From a bacterium (GTDB lineage: Bacteria; Eisenbacteria; RBG-16-71-46): 24,363 nucleotides of DNA. A model generated the notes under the pieces. That model saw only the letters and a program-made list of their open reading frames with translations, made no database searches and was not told the DNA's origin. Below, one piece after another: positions 21,101 through 24,363 of this stretch (its first letter is position 1; each line of letters starts with the position of its first letter). The stretch is taken from NCBI GenBank assembly GCA_043779265.1, contig JAYWEM010000073.1:1-24363 (forward strand), read 5' to 3'. A program made the position numbers and the translations under genes.

Positions 21101-22326
21101 CTCCATTCGGGATACCCGTACTGGCTGTCGGCGAGCGCGAAGCTGTTGACGAAGTTCGCGACTCGCCAGTTGTGGTGCAACACACCCAGCCGCGTCCGAG
21201 CGGTGAGCGGCCCCGTCGCGGTTCGGAAGTAGGACTTGCCCGCGCAAGTGGCACAGTTGTCGTCGGTCAGGAACGCTTCGAGCCCGGAGACCGAATTATT
21301 CGCCGCACGCCGCCAGCGATACATGAGGTCGTCACGCATGCCAGCAAGGGTCCTGGCAGTGTCCGCATTCAGGAAGTTGTACGCGAGATACGCCATGAAC
21401 GCCGTGCGACCCTGATAGTTGGATCCCGCCCAGCGATTCGAGAATCCACTCGTTCCGCAGCCTCCGAAGGGATTGCCGCCGAACGAGAGGAGCGGCCAAT
21501 GGTAGGGGACCTCGGCAGTGGCGGTCGTATCGAAGATGCCTCCGATCGCCTCGGCTCCGGCGGACCACAGCTCCGAGTTGATCCCGGAGTTCGCAGCGCC
21601 GGGCAGGCTGTGCGCGAGCTCGTGGTTCCAGTTGAGCCGACGCAGTCCGGTCGGGCTCGTCCAGCCGGATCCGGCCAGATCGATCGCCGCTGCTGTGGCG
21701 GGCCCACGCACCATGAGGGAGTTGGATGCCCGGTAGTCGCCGTGTGCCCTTCCGCTCGAGACATCCTCGTTGAGCGTCGTGAAGGGGGAGGGATACTGGC
21801 CGCCGAAGCCGGTTCGCGACGGATGTGCGATGTAGCCATCGGCATGCGAACGGTCCTCGTTCGTGAATGTGCTCGACCCGGAGATCTCACCGCCGTAGCT
21901 GGCCCCGATCCTCATCGCGAGGGAGTCGAGCGGGTTCGTCGGATTCCAGTCGCTGCCCTGCCGCCTCAAGTAGTCGTAAACGACCTGGAGGTTGCGGGCG
22001 TTCATCGCGATGGGACTCAAGCCGAGATCGAGTAGCGCGAGGGTGAAATGGTTCAGCGTTCCTCTCACGTCGCTTGAAAGGCCGGAGCCGTACTGCGAGT
22101 CCCACTGATGCTCGATGTCCCTGGCCGTCAGATCGACGCCTTTCGCGCCGGTTCGGTACGGATGGAAAACCTCGATGCTCGAACTCGACGACGTCGTCAA
22201 CGTGGAGTCCTGAGGAGTGCCGCAGGATTCCACACCTGCCGCCCTGACCCGGCCCCCATGCAGCGAAGCGATCACCAAGAGCGACGTCGCAAGGACCATC
22301 GCCGACAACAGACTCTCGCGCTTCAT
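18112..22326 (-). CDS. Large secreted protein (about 1404 aa): HExxH metallopeptidase-like domain, PD40 beta-propeller, Ig-like domain, unknown beta domain and C-terminal FlgD-Ig/T9SS-like sorting domain
   Basis: Signal peptide MKRESLLSAMVLATSLLVIA. HELAH at 21624-21610. Repeats PAWSWD, PDWSPR, PAFQPDG, PRWSPDG, DFSPG and AWSKNG. Ig-like PPSLAAIADQ...ASDPDGEPVSF. C-terminus FALGPALPNPSSG...WNG..NGDRRVASGLYYARL...RTIVLIP. Confidence 0.85.
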   Translation of the reverse strand: MKRESLLSAMVLATSLLVIASLHGGRVRAAGVESCGTPQDSTLTTSSSSSIEVFHPYRTGAKGVDLTARDIEHQWDSQYGSGLSSDVRGTLNHFTLALLDLGLSPIAMNARNLQVVYDYLRRQGSDWNPTNPLDSLAMRIGASYGGEISGSSTFTNEDRSHADGYIAHPSRTGFGGQYPSPFTTLNEDVSSGRAHGDYRASNSLMVRGPATAAAIDLAGSGWTSPTGLRRLNWNHELAHSLPGAANSGINSELWSAGAEAIGGIFDTTATAEVPYHWPLLSFGGNPFGGCGTSGFSNRWAGSNYQGRTAFMAYLAYNFLNADTARTLAGMRDDLMYRWRRAANNSVSGLEAFLTDDNCATCAGKSYFRTATGPLTARTRLGVLHHNWRVANFVNSFALADSQYGYPEWSGFSTGRNQRAWQAIDGCSSTDIVAIAPSLQLSLAQVARETTLAGVRSFRGAEMPLAIAPFAANYWVIRAGSDLASASRTLVVRVTPTACYACDRNFGLSDKDGQIFANLIGYDRADMGGEEPDLWRFPASALIATALDSSATDTLGSRSITLTLPDFGTTYKSVLLTLSVGPGKLISVGQTGDVGYEEAFPYRLDVRVLPSNVSHSPAAAIAAHVGAADLHPAWSWDANELAYSTVDASFSPLPKIYRRAPGSSSHSLVATGLTGFSQFGPDWSPRRDLIVFEAATGAESGLWLKSMTTSASAYNVATPSGRAMMPAFQPDGQGLAYLHIPTGESIAYLRWVGLDGTGGRIIDTLGVLDGATPKPRWSPDGLRVLIAIPSKSDRVHWAWRWGSELTPESTLPMPVRSFDFSPGRGRVLVGTTTPIPNRSAEASIGSVFYCAGSNTAERLALLDTTTAARDTFYRAQDLTYAQRHTAWSKNGQYYAFEQRHRITNEVDVWMERLSYDHPPSLAAIADQTGATATALNFALSASDPDGEPVSFLHSTLPAGAAINNGQFTWSEPAAGVHHAIIRATDPSGDVDTRVVRITIQSSPPPCAPFCGGGGEWDPLGRRGGSGAHTMLPSMQDLSDRNTFLDGVEAGAFTRQIASLPDLTPDAAGEQYTVRLTTSAGGGAFIDALRLHVVDCAEGVRVVASQDGLLIGPSEPPTEVVNAEGQSLGSVLASEDGLLLSAGEALEFHWPHSSGTSGVAVDCERAVASADVGVAVQVLDGDTWRTARRIHPRRKLDSFGVSGLTGGRVRLVADQPVRLRGVDRIMMDDASGASASHVLTATQVDGGGDPTSLSGEDGAGLTLTREGPAGIRFAAPPAPPGTRRNFFLEVAGSYSNSAVGGTGRQGSEAQPELPREFALGPALPNPSSGRVTFAVDLPRASDLRLDVLDTQGRIVHTIARESRAAGRYRISWNGLGNGDRRVASGLYYARLRASEFTATRTIVLIP

Positions 22327-22438
22327 GCGCACCCCCTGTGTTCGGGCAGACGAGCCCAAAGCCGCGAAGCGCCCCCGCCTAGTCGAGATGGGACTGCATC
22401 TCCGGCATGGCGGACGAGTGAGCGACTTCGCTAAGGCG

Positions 22439-22470
22439 AAAGTAGCTAGGCGTGGGGGGGGGGGCGTCAA
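22439..22470 (-). promoter_or_regulatory. Predicted promoter of the large secreted gene: TTGACG - 20-nt spacer containing C11 - TACTTT
   Basis: Minus strand reads TTGACG CCCCCCCCCCC ACGCCTAGC TACTTT, upstream of ATG 22326. Confidence 0.5.
22454..22464. repeat. G11 homopolymer tract
   Basis: Read directly from the sequence; the longest mononucleotide run I noticed in the window. Confidence 0.95.
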
Positions 22471-22528
22471 GTAGTATCGCAGACGTCCACCGTGGCGGTC
22501 GTGAATTCTCCAGAGCGGATTGCCAAGC

Positions 22529-24232
22529 ATGAAATCCAGATGGACAGCGCTAGTCGTGGCAGCGGTCGCCGCAGGCTCCATGTGGTCCTACGGCGCGTCT
22601 GCGCTTCCTCCGGGGCGAAGCTGGACCGCCATCGACACGTTGCGTATTCACGGGCATCCGTACATGTTCGCGACCCGGCTGGACGATCTGGTCGACGGGC
22701 GGCTTCAACAGATCGTAACCGGCTACTACGGACCGGGCCAGGTGGCCTACGGCATGAACTGGGCCGACAGCGCCTGGGTGGAGTCGTGGTCTGGGTTCCG
22801 CGAGAACTACATCATGTGGCCGACGGTCTCGCCTCGAGACCAGCGGATGCTGGTGTGGAAGACGACCGTGCCGACCACAGACCGGACGAGCCACATCGTC
22901 ACGGCGACCGCCTTCGGCGACTCCGCTTCGGCGCCCGATACGGTCGCGGTGTGCGACATCGAGGCGTTCATGTACACGGGTTGCGTGTGGGGCGACACGC
23001 GCTGGGTGGCGGTTCGGGATCTGGACAACACGACGCAGGGGTTTCCCTATCATTTGCGCATCTACCGTTCGCGATCGATGGGCCCGTGGACGCGAATCCA
23101 GAATCAGTTCTTGGGACGCTTCCCGCTCCGCGGTGTCGCGATCACCGCCTTGGACTCGCTTGTCGTGTTGGTCGTGACTGCAGACTGGAACTTTTATGTC
23201 CGTCATGGCCTGCTCAGCGACACGACGTGGACACCCGCCCCTGAACCGCTCAGCGGTTTCGGAATCGGGAGCGGACCGCAGTTCCGAGCCGATCCGCGCG
23301 GCGGCTCGTGGCTCGCCTGGGCGGAGGAGGACTCGGCGATCCTCGTCGACCGGCATCTCAACGGCGCCTGGGTCGAGCCCGATACCATCCACTCGATCCG
23401 CAACGACCGGCTGCAGTGGCTGTTCTACCAGCCGTATCTGAGCAAGGACCTCGGCACCTATCCGGCGGTCGCATGGCATGGCTACAGCAGTCCGGGGCTC
23501 ATCGACCACATCTGGGTCGCCTTCCCCACCGACTCGGGGTTCGGGCTCGGCGAGAAGCTCGAGGGCACCGCATTCGGATACCTGCCCCAAGTGGCGCGCG
23601 ACGAGAACGGTGACGTGTGGGTGGCATTCTCCCGCGACCTGGCGGGGGCGTTCTGGTTGCACACGTACGTGAACGCCACCACGAGCGTGCCGGAGGTGGT
23701 CGAACAGGCGGGCCGGCCGCTCGTGCGCTGGTCGCTCAGCGCCTCGGCTCCCGAGACGTGGTGGGCGATCGAGCGTGCGGTGGGCGATGGGGAGTTCGAG
23801 GTAGCGGGCCGCGTGCGGGCAGCCGCCGAGCTGGCCATGCAGTGGCGAGACACCACGGGACCCGTCGACCGGCCCTTGCGCTACCGAATCCGCAGAGAGA
23901 GCAAGGACGTGCGTTACCGTTGGTGGAGTGAGGAGGCTGCGTGGCAGGTGCGCGGGCCCGGGCTTCGTCTGAGCCGTGCCGGAGCCCATCCGACGACCGA
24001 GTCGATCGAGTTCGAGGTCGTGGGCGCGGCGGCGGGCATGCTCACGGTGCGGCTGCACGATCTGCAGGGACGGTTGGTGCTGACGCGGCGAGTCGTGGCG
24101 GACGGCACCGCGCGCGACCGCGTGCGGTTGCCGCTGTCGGGCACGTCGCTTCGGCCGGGCGTCTACCTGCTCGGCGTGCAGGGTGACGACGGGCGCTCGT
24201 CGGCAGGGCTCAAGGTGGCAGTCGTCCGCTGA
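22529..24232 (+). CDS. Secreted Trp-rich beta protein (567 aa) with FN3/Ig-like domain and C-terminal T9SS-type-A-like sorting domain
   Basis: Signal peptide MKSRWTALVVAAVAAGSMWSYGASA. FN3-like LVRW...WAIERAVGDGEFEVAGRV...WRD...YRIR. C-terminus VRLHDLQGRLV...LRPGVYLLGV...KVAVVR. Confidence 0.82.
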   Translation: MKSRWTALVVAAVAAGSMWSYGASALPPGRSWTAIDTLRIHGHPYMFATRLDDLVDGRLQQIVTGYYGPGQVAYGMNWADSAWVESWSGFRENYIMWPTVSPRDQRMLVWKTTVPTTDRTSHIVTATAFGDSASAPDTVAVCDIEAFMYTGCVWGDTRWVAVRDLDNTTQGFPYHLRIYRSRSMGPWTRIQNQFLGRFPLRGVAITALDSLVVLVVTADWNFYVRHGLLSDTTWTPAPEPLSGFGIGSGPQFRADPRGGSWLAWAEEDSAILVDRHLNGAWVEPDTIHSIRNDRLQWLFYQPYLSKDLGTYPAVAWHGYSSPGLIDHIWVAFPTDSGFGLGEKLEGTAFGYLPQVARDENGDVWVAFSRDLAGAFWLHTYVNATTSVPEVVEQAGRPLVRWSLSASAPETWWAIERAVGDGEFEVAGRVRAAAELAMQWRDTTGPVDRPLRYRIRRESKDVRYRWWSEEAAWQVRGPGLRLSRAGAHPTTESIEFEVVGAAAGMLTVRLHDLQGRLVLTRRVVADGTARDRVRLPLSGTSLRPGVYLLGVQGDDGRSSAGLKVAVVR

Positions 24233-24242
24233 CCACCCCGCC

Positions 24243-24362
24243 TCACCGCACTCGCATCACCCTCGCCGTGCTCACGCCTCGCGGCGTGACGAGCCGCGCC
24301 AGATAGAGCCCGGGGGGCGCGGTGAGGCCGCCGTCCGAGTGTCCGTCCCATTGCAGCGAGTG
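24243..24362 (-). CDS. 3' end of a third FlgD-Ig/sorting-domain protein (partial, continues beyond the window)
   Basis: Manual translation gives HSLQWDGHSDGGLTAPPGLYLARLVTPRGVSTARVMRVR*, matching the WDG...G...PGxYxxRL terminus. Not in the ORF track. Confidence 0.85.
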   Translation of the reverse strand, partial: HSLQWDGHSDGGLTAPPGLYLARLVTPRGVSTARVMRVR

Positions 24363-24363
24363 C

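Noticed and set aside
22327..22581. 85-codon N-terminal extension of the 1489-aa ORF running through the C11 tract (PPPP)
   Set aside because: It overlaps the divergent gene and would bury the signal peptide. ATG 22326 is the better start, so the tract is treated as promoter DNA, not coding sequence.
24163..24351. 62-aa minus-strand ORF in the track
   Set aside because: Wrong frame. The supported coding frame is the partial CTD protein ending at 24243.

Overview
High-GC (about 70% by eye) bacterial DNA. The secreted proteins with FlgD-Ig/T9SS-like C-termini suggest Ca. Eisenbacteria or a related FCB-group lineage (inference). Bases 1-18010 are mostly housekeeping genes on the + strand: a split biotin-dependent carboxylase alpha subunit, an SGNH hydrolase, an AI-2E transporter, a lipoprotein, a promoter-driven structured RNA resembling 6S, then phoH - 7TM-HD (PgpH-like) - ybeY - DUF502 - recO - glyQ - glyS - secreted triple-YHS protein, a stand-alone pyrR, Lrp + EamA, and mgtE + a PD40/TolB-like protein. 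Bases 18112-24363 form an accessory cluster of three genes with related C-terminal sorting-type domains: a ~1404-aa HExxH metallopeptidase/beta-propeller/Ig protein, a divergent 567-aa protein, and a partial third gene missing from the ORF track. The most interesting items are (1) a G11/C11 tract inside the -35/-10 spacer of the predicted promoter between the divergent secreted genes, a candidate phase-variation switch; (2) the 6S-like leader RNA with two mutually exclusive folds upstream of phoH; (3) two probable CTG start codons; and (4) the Cys-rich secreted YHS-repeat protein. All calls come from reading the sequence only; no searches or folding programs were run.
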